Numbered from the whole stretch's first letter, positions 39,528 to 49,129 are shown. The stretch is DNA of 63,241 bases, filler included, from Bigelowiella natans CCMP2755 (GCA_000320545.1; 8 parts of 8 records of this genome joined end to end with filler, not necessarily neighbours in it); one strand, 5' to 3'. Numbers and translations are program-made. Notes: generated from the sequence alone by a model not told the origin.

Positions 39528-40157
39528 CCGCATGTGCTTTCAACATTGCGCATGACCTTTTCTGTGTCGTTCACCCCCTTGAACAAGGTTTCATTAACAA
39601 TTCTAGAATTGAACCATGATGGATTTCTTGAGATGTCTCTATGTATGTCGATCGGGCATTGCATTGAGCTGACATTTTGACTCACAATGAATTTGCTCTT
39701 CATTTGCTTTGTCATGCTTGGAAAAAAAAGAGAAATGTGCCTAGACAATGAGGATGAGCGTAGCATCTGCGCAGAACCTGAAGCAATGCTATGCTGGCAC
39801 AGCGCTAGAGCGTACTTGCGCTCCATGTGTGGATGTTCACATGTTCCGACATCTTAAGCCATGACAATCTAGTACTTAGAACAATGATAACAACAAGCGA
39901 CACATGCTAGCCTAGCCTGCAAAGCTTGCCACATCCATAACGTAGCACAATAACTCATGTGTTATCCATGCTCGCTCCACCCTGCCTAAATATTTCAGCA
40001 TATGATTGAGAAGTACAGTTTTTTATAATGTGTATATCGACTAGCTGGCAAAGTTACAATCATATATGCTTCAGTAACTATGAATTCCATGCAAATAGAA
40101 TTTTCCGAGCCAAATCAGAATCGATAGGAAATCAGTTTGTCAGATCATATTATAGGT

Positions 40158-41336
40158 TTACTCCTCGTTTTCTCCAAGAAGTGCTTCCTCTTCATCGACC
40201 TCAACCTCCTTCTTTGGTGCCGCCTTGATAGCCCTCGCAGCAGTACGTACTTTGACAGTCTTGCGATCCCATGTATAGACCCCCCCTCCAAGAAGTGCAA
40301 GGAAAGCTCCGACAGCGGCGAGTGGGTTGTAAACTTCTCCAAGAACGATAATCCCGAAAGCAACGACGAGGATCTTGTTCAGATTCACGATGATCAAAAA
40401 GGAGGTTGCCGAGATACGGCGTTGGGCTCTGAATCCGACATAGGAGATAGACAGACCACAAAGGCAGCTCCAGAGAACGAAAGCCCAGCCAGAAGGAGTC
40501 ATGGAGGTAAATGTTCTAGTGATGTTCATCTTGAACTCTCCAAAGACAACCATCATGACAGGCATTGCAAGAGCACAGACGGCGTTGTTGTATATCATGA
40601 ACCCGGTGTCAGACATGTTTACGGGGTTCTCCACCATCAAAAACCTCTGGGCTAGACGTTCAGAGGTACCAACGAACATATTAGCGAACATGAACACAAT
40701 TCCAATAGTCTCTGCATGGATTCCCTTCTGGAAGACACCGTAGCTGACAACCCCACTGATGATGACCGCAAGGGCCAAAATGGTGTATCGGGTGACTATA
40801 AACTTTGAGTTGTTGAAGAACGATTCCACAATGACACTGAGAACTGGGGAAAGCATTCGAATGACAACAGCTGTTCCAAGAGAACAATGGTGAAGGGCAA
40901 CCATTGAGGTAGCAAGCATTCCAACGAAGAGAAGGGAAACTGGTAGCCATCGGAGTTTGTCAGACCAGGAGCCAAGGTTCACAGTTTTGTAAGCCACAAG
41001 AGGTACAATTGCTGCAGTGAAAGCACACTGGAGGCCAACAAGGAGAAGCGGCATGCCAAGAGCATCGACTGCCATTTTGTTAGCAATGGACATTCCTGCG
41101 GAAGCCGCCATGAACATCACGACAGACATTGCGACATCCATCTCCGAATATTGGGTCGGCTCTACTTTGGTCGCGGAGTTGGCATAGCCCGTCTTCGTAC
41201 CAGCATGGGGCATCTTGGCAGGGGAACGAAAAGGGAGGGGGGAATTCTGTCTCTTCCCAATGAGAGCTGCAGAGCCAGGCAATTCCATGTTGGCGTTGTT
41301 TATTCTTCCATGTCGCACCCCAGGAAATGCATTCAA
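40158..41336 (-). CDS. Nucleotide-sugar transporter (GDP-mannose/GDP-fucose, GONST/VRG4/SLC35-like), intronless
   Basis: 392-aa ORF with about 10 hydrophobic helices; MSIANK, IYNN and ISATSFLIIVNLNKIL motifs. Confidence 0.88.
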   Translation of the reverse strand: MNAFPGVRHGRINNANMELPGSAALIGKRQNSPLPFRSPAKMPHAGTKTGYANSATKVEPTQYSEMDVAMSVVMFMAASAGMSIANKMAVDALGMPLLLVGLQCAFTAAIVPLVAYKTVNLGSWSDKLRWLPVSLLFVGMLATSMVALHHCSLGTAVVIRMLSPVLSVIVESFFNNSKFIVTRYTILALAVIISGVVSYGVFQKGIHAETIGIVFMFANMFVGTSERLAQRFLMVENPVNMSDTGFMIYNNAVCALAMPVMMVVFGEFKMNITRTFTSMTPSGWAFVLWSCLCGLSISYVGFRAQRRISATSFLIIVNLNKILVVAFGIIVLGEVYNPLAAVGAFLALLGGGVYTWDRKTVKVRTAARAIKAAPKKEVEVDEEEALLGENEE

Positions 41337-41628
41337 TTTCTTCCTTCTTCCGGTTTCCGCAAAAGGACAAAGAAAAATGAATACCGATGCTAGATCCAGA
41401 TGCTCTCGTGCTTGGTCAAAACTCCTGGTAAATACCCGGTATCATCTGATTACCGCGGTGAATCCCCGGTGCTGACGAAGCTGACGTCGCAAGCGGTGCA
41501 CTACGTTTCAGACAAATATTTTACGATGTTACTTCGATGTTTATAAGAACATTGATAGCAACAAGAAATACCTCCAAAAAAGTAACCAAAAAATACAAAC
41601 ACAGCCTCAGGAAGCTGCCTCGTAACTG

Positions 41629-42802
41629 ATGATGTCCCCGGGGGAGGTGGCAGAACACCCCGCAGGGGCCGTGAACGAGGGGGGGCAGGTGACGGCAGGC
41701 GCGGGCGTGCCTGGAGCTGTTGAAAACAAGAATTTGATGGCCGATGATAAGAAGGCAATGCTGGAGGAGTTTGTTCGGTCGAACGAGATTCCCTTCTACC
41801 TTTCGGAACACCTCGATAAGCTGCGGGGGAGGGACATCGTGTTCATCGTAGACGACAGCGGTTCGATGGGGCTTGGCCTTAGAGAGCACTCCATTCCGAA
41901 AAGAGAGGCAAAAAGAATCCTTCGGGCCACGAGGATGGCGGAGATTCGACGTTGGGATGAGCTCAAGTTTTACCTGGAGAAGATCGTGAAGCTGGGGCTT
42001 TGTTTCGACGAAGACGGCATCGACCTCGTAGGTTTGAACCGACCTAAGGCGGAGGGGGTGAACAACATCCAAGCGGTGGACAAATACTTCGAGGAAGATC
42101 CGGGCGGCGCTACTCCCCTGTACGATCCCCAATATAAAAAAACTGTGGAGATTACTCTGCGTTTTGTCCTGTGTTGCAAATTCTTCGTTCTTTCTTGCGT
42201 CCATCGTAACAGAAATAGATATTACGTAGTTGAACCGAACACAATCAAAAGAAATTCCACCATTTGTGGAGCTTATGACGTAGAAACGCGAGAGCTCATC
42301 ATCCCGTGATAATGTGCTGTTTGGTAGGTACACCCGATTGAGAGAGGTCCTGTCGTCCCACGAACCTGGGACTAAGGAGATCATAGTCATTGCAACAGAT
42401 GGAGTTCCCAACGACGTTCCGTTATCTAAATTTAAAAGTTTGGTTCAAAATCGTAAGAATCCTGAGGAGACCCCAATTGTGTTTATGGTCTGCAGCGACA
42501 ATGACAGGGACGTAGCCTATTTAAATAGCCTTGATCACTGCCCTTGGGTGGGCGTTGTTGACGATTACAATAGTGAGAAAAAAGAAATTAAAGATCCGGA
42601 CATGAGGATGCAGTACTCTCCGGGCGCTCACGTGGCAAACGTATTGCTCAATTGGGTTCCAGAAATCGACGCGCTTGATGATGATAACAGCATGGGAGGA
42701 GAAATTTGCAGACGCTGCCAGGAATCATTCGCCGATGCATCATTTTTAAGCTTTGTGGCTCCAATTGCTGCAGTAGGTTTTTTTATATTTTTCCTCCAAT
42801 GA
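41629..42802 (+). CDS. von Willebrand factor A domain protein with C-terminal membrane anchor; one intron 42120-42327
   Basis: MIDAS motifs DIVFIVDDSGSM, GGATPL and IATDGVPND. The GT-AG intron restores the frame (TPL-YTRL). Hydrophobic C-terminal tail. Confidence 0.87.
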
Positions 42803-43483
42803 TTATAAATATGTAGCAACGTGCAACACGCACAAGCGTGCAAACTGCTTGGTTTTTATCAACAATCGCATGCATATGCATTGCATGCGCAAGTGCTGAG
42901 CCTGTTTGTCGCGGACTATGCGGACGGTGCTTACCAGGCTATATCTAGAGTGCACGAGCTAGATTTGCCTCTTTAACGCCACAGAATCTTTGCGATGTAA
43001 ACATTTTTAATCTGTAACAAACGAGAACATGTACATTGTGGCGCAAGCCCGCGTCGAATTACTCACGCTTATTTCGAGCGCGCGACGTACGGTGCGAAAT
43101 CAAAAGTCGAATAAGACTGTCGTCAATGTGTTATTATTGATTCAACGTGTCAATCATCAGATTCTTATACGTAACACATGTTGAATCGAATAATAGCACG
43201 AAATCGATACAAATCATTCTACGTATTGCGGCATTGCGGCGCATCGCAAAGGTAGACTGCCTCATCAAAAGTGAAGCTTCTTCTCTTTTGTTGGCAAGGC
43301 TCTACACGGTGCAGATGGCAGTTCATGATGGTTTTAAACCAAAAAATCTTTCATAAAAACTGGTCGTCGAACCGCGTTGGTGAAGCCCTCTTGGAAATTG
43401 TACATTATGATTGCGCTGCGAATGAGAAAAAGTAAAGTGTAAGACGAACAACATTTGTGTGGAGAGCGAACGAGTCCTCGTGA

Positions 43484-44494
43484 TTACCTTGTCTTCCGGC
43501 GGCCGTCTTTCGCTTTTTTCTTTTGAAGCTTTTTCCTGTGGGAAATACGCAGGGTGAAAAAGAGGTAAAGTTTAGGCTTTTGCTGGCCGTTATTAAGGCT
43601 TAAATCGAACCTCGCTTGCATGAGGAAATTCCCCACTGGCTTTCTTTTCTGCTGCATCTTCGTCAGGGAAGGTTCCTTGAGGCGCTGCGCGTTTTCCATG
43701 ATTTCTTCTATTGTCTTTATACTCGGCCCCTTAAGATATATGAAGCAATCAGGAAATGGTTATTTGCAATTCACTACAAATTGGTAGTAAGACCCATAAT
43801 CCCATAGGTACCTTGCTATCGTGCGAATCACCGTTTTGCCGTCGCTGCCCCTTTCCCTCCGTTCCCAAACCAGCTGCCGTGCTGGTTGAGGAGTTGCGAG
43901 CATGAGTGTATCCGGTGCTCCATCGTTTGCGAGGAGGAAGATGGAACGTGACATTTGCGACATCAAGAAGGGCATTGGGGGGGGGGGGCGGGTGCGTAAA
44001 TGCGTAAATGTTTGAAGAGAATCCACAGAATCTCTCCTATGATCAAGTAGGCTATTCACTAAATATGCCATGAGAAACCTTTAGCGTCATTCCGCGCGAA
44101 ACAGATGATGACGCTTAAGCTTCGTATCTTCTCTTCTTCTGTTCTCTTCTTCTACCTTGTGAGGCAGAGGCCTTGAGCCGAGTATAGGGCACTCAGTGGC
44201 CAGATTCGGTAAGGACGCCCTGGTGGGATCCCGGTAGGACTTGGCGGAGTTTGGGTTCACGATCTGCTGGAAACTTCTTCCAAAACTTGCCAGCGAGTGA
44301 ATGGGGGGGTCCAGCTCCAGCTTTTGGAAGGTCGCGTATTTGAACGATTGGGTGCTCTCGTTGCAAGCCCCCTTCTCGAAGCCGACGGCGGGGGAGAACG
44401 TGATCCCCAGGGAGTTGTACGTGTTGATGAGACGCCGGTACTCCGTCTTTTGCCGTCTGTTCATTTGTGATGGGTGGTGAGACTTTTGAGGGCT
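43484..44494 (-). pseudogene. Degenerate coding relic, possibly the 3' part of an RTE-like non-LTR retrotransposon
   Basis: Intronless, non-SSR segment broken into consecutive ORFs (44087-44464, 43760-44071, 43484-43699). PARQLVWERRERG..KT resembles RTE C-terminal sequence; no RT motif is visible. Confidence 0.3.
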
Positions 44495-44594
44495 NNNNNN
44501 NNNNNNNNNNNNNNNNNNNNNNNNNNNNNNNNNNNNNNTTAATTAATTAANNNNNNNNNNNNNNNNNNNNNNNNNNNNNNNNNNNNNNNNNNNN
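44495..44594. other. Artificial contig spacer
   Basis: N44-TTAATTAATTAA-N44. Confidence 0.98.
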
Positions 44595-44661
44595 ATATGG
44601 TGGGCAGCACTACGGGAAGAACATTTATTTTTATATCTATAAGCAGAACAGTATCACTGCT

Positions 44662-47600
44662 ATGGGGCAGCCGATAAACGGAATATTAGATCACCTTAAG
44701 CAGGCGCCGACAAAGACTGCCGTACCAGCAGCGCAGGACCAAGACAAGCCCGTGACCCTAGACGACATAAAGAACTTAGGAGTATGCAACATTAATGACG
44801 AAGACGCTAACAGGACTATCAAAGTTGCTATGACCAAGGTTAAAGTTAAAGACAGCTACGGAGACTACAAGAAACTACCTGCCCTTTGGGATAGTGGCAG
44901 CATGCCGAAGTCCTTCATAAGCCTAAGCACAGTAAGAAGGTTAGGACTATTGGATCAAGTGACTAAGAAAGAACGTAAATATGCTCAAGCAGACGGAAGC
45001 TCTTCCATGAAGACCGTCGGTGAGCTAATGCTAAAGCTACAGATACCTGGCAGCGACGCGGAGACCCAAATCAAGACCCGAGTAGCCATGACTTTATCCA
45101 TGGAACTACTCCTCGGACAGGATGCCCTAGAAAAATTAGGGGGGATCATATCATTCTACAATCACAAGATATACTTTGCTAAGTTGCCAAAGAAGTCAGG
45201 CAGGACCATCAGCCAGAACATGATACGGCTTGACGAGTGGACCTCTGAGTCAAGCGTTAATGCGTTAGAGTTTATGGACCTAGCGGACAACAAGCTACCT
45301 ACACCTACCGAGCTACGGAAGAAGAACCCCGGCAAGACCATCCGACAGATAACGGAGCTACTGGACAAGACCCCCCCAGCTGATGATTGGGATATCGACA
45401 AAGGCAAAAAGTACATTAATAAAATATTAAACGAGAAGTACTCTGACATCACCAAGCCGACGACGAAGCCCTCCAGCAAGCTTACCCCAGTAAAGATCGA
45501 GCTAAAGAAGGGATACGAAGAGTGCATCATCAATGACCCAGAACATAGGCGACCGGAAGCGGACTGGGAAAAGATAGAGTGGCAGATCAATGAATGGGCA
45601 AAGGAAGGGAAGATAGAGCCAAGCAACTCACCATGGAACGTGAGACATGTGCTAGCTAAGAAACCTACTTACCCTTTCTTCCGCCTGGCGCACAACTTCA
45701 TCCGCCACAACCGAGTAATAAAGAGGATCCAGACACCTACACCAAGGATAGATGACGTTATTGAACACGTCATAGGATACAAATACTACTCTTCCCTAGA
45801 TAAAAATGAATCATACATGCAGACACCCATCCACAAAACCTCCCGCCCCATTACCGCGTTCTCCAGCAGGCACAGGAAGTGGCACTTCGTCGTATTCCCT
45901 TACGGCCTAAGCATATCAGGGGATGCGTTCAGTAGTCAGAACTACAGGGCATACACACATGATGGGATGGCGTCTGTGTTGTGGGTGTTTGTGTTTGTGT
46001 ATGTGGATGATGACATAATATGTACCAACACAGTCGTCGCTCAGATCTTCCTCCTGGAAAATATATTTATTAGGTTTGCACACTTCGGTTTTACTATTAG
46101 ACTGCAGAAGTGTACATTCCTAGCTACAAGAATCAAGTGGTGTGGATATTACCTGGAGCAAGGCCGCATCACCCCAAACCCCGAGAAAGTAGCAGCACTA
46201 CAGCAAGCCCCTAAACCTAAGAATGCAAAGGAGTTAAAGTCATTCTTGCAGACTGCAGCTTGGATACTACGTAGGTTCTCCCCTACCTACGCTAGGACTG
46301 CAGCTGCTTTTACTACTGCTTACCGGAAGGAGAACTCTGTAGGCCTCAGCTTCGCTAAGGTGTGGGCCAAGGCTGGCCTTGATGCCCACTTCGATAACCT
46401 AATAAAGTTATGCAGCAACACCCTATTGAATGCTAAGCTAGACACTACTAGACCAGCTACCCTATGGACAGACTGGTCTAAGCTAGGTATGGCTGCTGTA
46501 CTTACCCAAGACCAGCAGATCATACGGGTGTGGGGCAGGGCCTGCACAGCAGCTGAGGCCAAGTACAGCCCTACAAAAGGAGAGTATAAAGCCATGACTG
46601 AGGCGCAGAGGAAACTAAGATACTACCTGCTGTCGGTGCCCAGCTTCACCTTAATGACTGACCACAAGCCCCTCCTAGGCATCGACCGCAAGCTCGAAGC
46701 GCCTAACGATGAGTATGCAGCTATGAGGGCGGACACGGAAGAGTTTAGGGACAAGAGGACAGTGGTCTACGCACCAGGAGACAAGCAGCTTGCTGACTAT
46801 TTCAGCAGGCTGTTCGAAAAGAAAGTCCCTACCCAGGTCACCCCTATGGTTAACGCGATTACCTTCGAGGACGGCGACTTCCTGCCTGAGCCAGAGGAGC
46901 TCCAGCACCTTCAAGAACACCTGGATAAATACAAACACAAGCATGAGGTACTTAGTGATAGGATATATGTATACACTAATAATGTTAGGCGTACCTACGT
47001 GCCACGGCGGACCAGGGGAGCCCTTCTCTTTACCGCCCATGGACCTGCACACGTAGGAGAAAACCATATCACTGCTCTACTCTACCATTACTACTGGCCC
47101 TACAAGCTAAAAGAGATAAGGACATACCTGCGTGGCTGCAGGTGCTCCAGCTTGAAGGCGGCAGGCGTCGCCACCAAGGAGTCCAGCAAGAGCCGTGCAT
47201 CTAAGAAAATCAAAGCAAGGAACTTCTTAGATATCGTGCAAATTGATGTTTATAAGTACGATGGCTATCACTACCTTACCTTCGTTGATGTGGCCACTGG
47301 AAAGTGCTGGGTTAAAAAGATTATCAAGGTCAACGTTGCTAAGAAGAACAAAGGCTTATATAAGCAGAGGCTTACTAACTGCTACCGTACCTGGGAGTCT
47401 GAGCTCCAGGCTATCCCTGATGAAGTTAGCATAAACAAGATACCAAAGAAGTTACATGTGGATAATGAGACCTCTCTTCTACAGCTACCACACCCTAATA
47501 TTGATGCCTCACCTGTATACTATGCCCAGTCCAACTCCAAGGTAGAGCGACTCCACCGCACCTTGGCCAACCTAAGCAGGATAAATAGCACCACACCAGA

Positions 47601-47772
47601 CAAGATACAAGGGTTAGTAAACGACACCTTCACGTCTGGGGGAGGTATCAAGGATAAGGAGAGGGAAGAAGGCGACGACAACGACGACGATACCGAGAGC
47701 GAAGACGAGAAGGTCCCGTACGATGGCCGAGTTCTAAAGGAAGGACAGTATGTTAGGGCCAAGGTAATCTGA
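44662..47772 (+). CDS. pol: Pol polyprotein: aspartic protease, reverse transcriptase, RNase H, integrase
   Basis: ALWDSGS and LLLGQD (protease); SPWN, PYGL, YVDD (RT); LWTDWS, TDHKPL, ADYFSR (RNase H); H-x3-H...CRC, VQID, HVDNE, SNSKVER (integrase). The frame is open back to 44596. Confidence 0.95.
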   Translation: MGQPINGILDHLKQAPTKTAVPAAQDQDKPVTLDDIKNLGVCNINDEDANRTIKVAMTKVKVKDSYGDYKKLPALWDSGSMPKSFISLSTVRRLGLLDQVTKKERKYAQADGSSSMKTVGELMLKLQIPGSDAETQIKTRVAMTLSMELLLGQDALEKLGGIISFYNHKIYFAKLPKKSGRTISQNMIRLDEWTSESSVNALEFMDLADNKLPTPTELRKKNPGKTIRQITELLDKTPPADDWDIDKGKKYINKILNEKYSDITKPTTKPSSKLTPVKIELKKGYEECIINDPEHRRPEADWEKIEWQINEWAKEGKIEPSNSPWNVRHVLAKKPTYPFFRLAHNFIRHNRVIKRIQTPTPRIDDVIEHVIGYKYYSSLDKNESYMQTPIHKTSRPITAFSSRHRKWHFVVFPYGLSISGDAFSSQNYRAYTHDGMASVLWVFVFVYVDDDIICTNTVVAQIFLLENIFIRFAHFGFTIRLQKCTFLATRIKWCGYYLEQGRITPNPEKVAALQQAPKPKNAKELKSFLQTAAWILRRFSPTYARTAAAFTTAYRKENSVGLSFAKVWAKAGLDAHFDNLIKLCSNTLLNAKLDTTRPATLWTDWSKLGMAAVLTQDQQIIRVWGRACTAAEAKYSPTKGEYKAMTEAQRKLRYYLLSVPSFTLMTDHKPLLGIDRKLEAPNDEYAAMRADTEEFRDKRTVVYAPGDKQLADYFSRLFEKKVPTQVTPMVNAITFEDGDFLPEPEELQHLQEHLDKYKHKHEVLSDRIYVYTNNVRRTYVPRRTRGALLFTAHGPAHVGENHITALLYHYYWPYKLKEIRTYLRGCRCSSLKAAGVATKESSKSRASKKIKARNFLDIVQIDVYKYDGYHYLTFVDVATGKCWVKKIIKVNVAKKNKGLYKQRLTNCYRTWESELQAIPDEVSINKIPKKLHVDNETSLLQLPHPNIDASPVYYAQSNSKVERLHRTLANLSRINSTTPDKIQGLVNDTFTSGGGIKDKEREEGDDNDDDTESEDEKVPYDGRVLKEGQYVRAKVI

Positions 47773-48308
47773 GATCGAGAAATAAACAAGACCCCTTCTG
47801 GGGTGGCGTTGCAAAGGTTACCGAGAGGAAGGGGAGGAAGCAGTACTACATCTATGATGGGAACAGGGTCACCTTGCGCCACATCAGTCACCTAAAGAAT
47901 TATGATATCGGTGAGAAGCTCCTAGAGGATGTTAAAGTAAACCCTACTGTGTGGGAGCGAGCAATGCCTTGTTTAGGACCCCGACCTAAGTTCGATGTGG
48001 AATATGGAAACAATAAGGTCAGGGTGAACGACGATTGGCGCATGAAGATTGTCTATCTAGGCTACCCTGGATTACGAAATATGGAGAGGGTAGCTATGAA
48101 AATAAAGGACGGAAAATATCAGCTACTCTACCTAGCTGTTCCCGACTTACCCTTTGAGCACTGGTATAAGGTCCTGGGGGACCTTGATGCAGAGGGCTGG
48201 TATGGACACGAACCTAAGGACGAAGGTGAGTTCTGGGTAAGCGACAAAGGAGATAAGGTTAGAGAGGAATCTATTACCTGGTGGTTGGTGAAGTTCCGAA
48301 AGCGATGA
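47766..48308 (+). CDS. Frameshifted continuation of pol: integrase C-terminal (GPY/F-like) module plus Dam-like N6-adenine methyltransferase-like domain
   Basis: Alternate frame reads LRSRNKQDPFWGGVAKVTERKGRKQYYIY...HISHLK (gypsy IN C-terminus), then VNPTVW...LGPRPKFDV...DWRMKIVYLGYPG..MERVAMKIK...LAVPDLPFEHWYKVL. Confidence 0.7.
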   Translation, partial: NLRSRNKQDPFWGGVAKVTERKGRKQYYIYDGNRVTLRHISHLKNYDIGEKLLEDVKVNPTVWERAMPCLGPRPKFDVEYGNNKVRVNDDWRMKIVYLGYPGLRNMERVAMKIKDGKYQLLYLAVPDLPFEHWYKVLGDLDAEGWYGHEPKDEGEFWVSDKGDKVREESITWWLVKFRKR

Positions 48309-48351
48309 AGGTCTAAGGGAATAAGGAAGGAAGGAAGGAGCAACGTGACTT

Positions 48352-48359
48352 GGGGGAGG
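48352..48359 (+). promoter_or_regulatory. Polypurine tract (plus-strand primer)
   Basis: GGGGGAGG immediately before TGTAGC; a further purine-rich run lies at 48316-48340. Confidence 0.75.
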
Positions 48360-48883
48360 TGTAGCGCGTACCACTACGCGGGCACAAGTCACGTGCGACA
48401 ACAAAGGGGTTGTCGCGGATATAGAATATAGATAACGTAGATATGGCGCACAACTTCATCCGCCACAACCGAGTAATAAAGAGGATCCAGACACCTACAC
48501 CAAGGATAGATGACGTTATTGAACACGTCATAGGATACAAATACTACTCTTCCCTAGATAAAAATGAATCATACATGCAGACACCCATCCACAAAACCTC
48601 CCGCCCCATTACCGCGTTCTCCAGCAGGCACAGGAAGTGGCACTTCGTCGTATTCCCTTACGGCCTAAGCATATCAGGGGATGCGTTCAGTAGTCAGAAC
48701 TACAGGGCATACACACATGATGGGATGGCGTCTGTGTTGTGGGTGTTTGTGTTTGTGTATGTGGATGATGACATAATATGTACCAACACAGTCGTCGCTC
48801 AGATCTTCCTCCTGGAAAATATATTTATTAGGTTTGCACACTTCGGTTTTACTATTAGACTGCAGAAGTGTACATTCCTAGCA
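48360..48883 (+). repeat. Putative 3' LTR: 84-nt unique hairpin-rich segment plus a 439-nt copy of RT-coding 45686-46124
   Basis: Starts TGTAGC right after the PPT; 48444-48882 reads identical to 45686-46124. Confidence 0.7.
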
Positions 48884-48983
48884 NNNNNNNNNNNNNNNNN
48901 NNNNNNNNNNNNNNNNNNNNNNNNNNNTTAATTAATTAANNNNNNNNNNNNNNNNNNNNNNNNNNNNNNNNNNNNNNNNNNNN
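48884..48983. other. Artificial contig spacer
   Basis: N44-TTAATTAATTAA-N44. Confidence 0.98.
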
Positions 48984-49129
48984 ATATGCGTCTTTTATGA
49001 TATGTAGTATTTGACGATGGATGGGTTCTATGCGTGGGGACGTATTGTGCAAATTGTTTGCCATTTTCTCGTATTTCTCCCCCCCCTTTTTCTGTGTGTA
49101 GCGTGTGCGTCTGTGCAAAGACTCTCCCC

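Larger units (their letters stand above)
44595..48883 (+). mobile_element. Ty3/gypsy-type LTR retrotransposon (5' LTR and most of gag missing at the contig edge)
   Basis: Domain order PR-RT-RNaseH-IN, then a polypurine tract and a TG-starting putative 3' LTR. Confidence 0.93.

Noticed and set aside
40137-40655. 172-aa plus-strand ORF and other antisense ORFs over the transporter, vWA, RGP1 and pol genes
   Set aside because: Shadow ORFs opposite well-supported genes, with no motifs of their own.
44662-47772. Retroelement codon bias toward mutation-resistant CTA
   Set aside because: One hand-counted 180-nt stretch gave 10 of 17 TpA as CTA but another gave 3 of 11. Not established without a full count.
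45686-48882. RT gene plus a duplicated segment as a diversity-generating retroelement (TR/VR pair)
   Set aside because: The two copies read identical with no adenine-specific mismatches, and the RT is a gypsy Pol with protease, RNase H and integrase.
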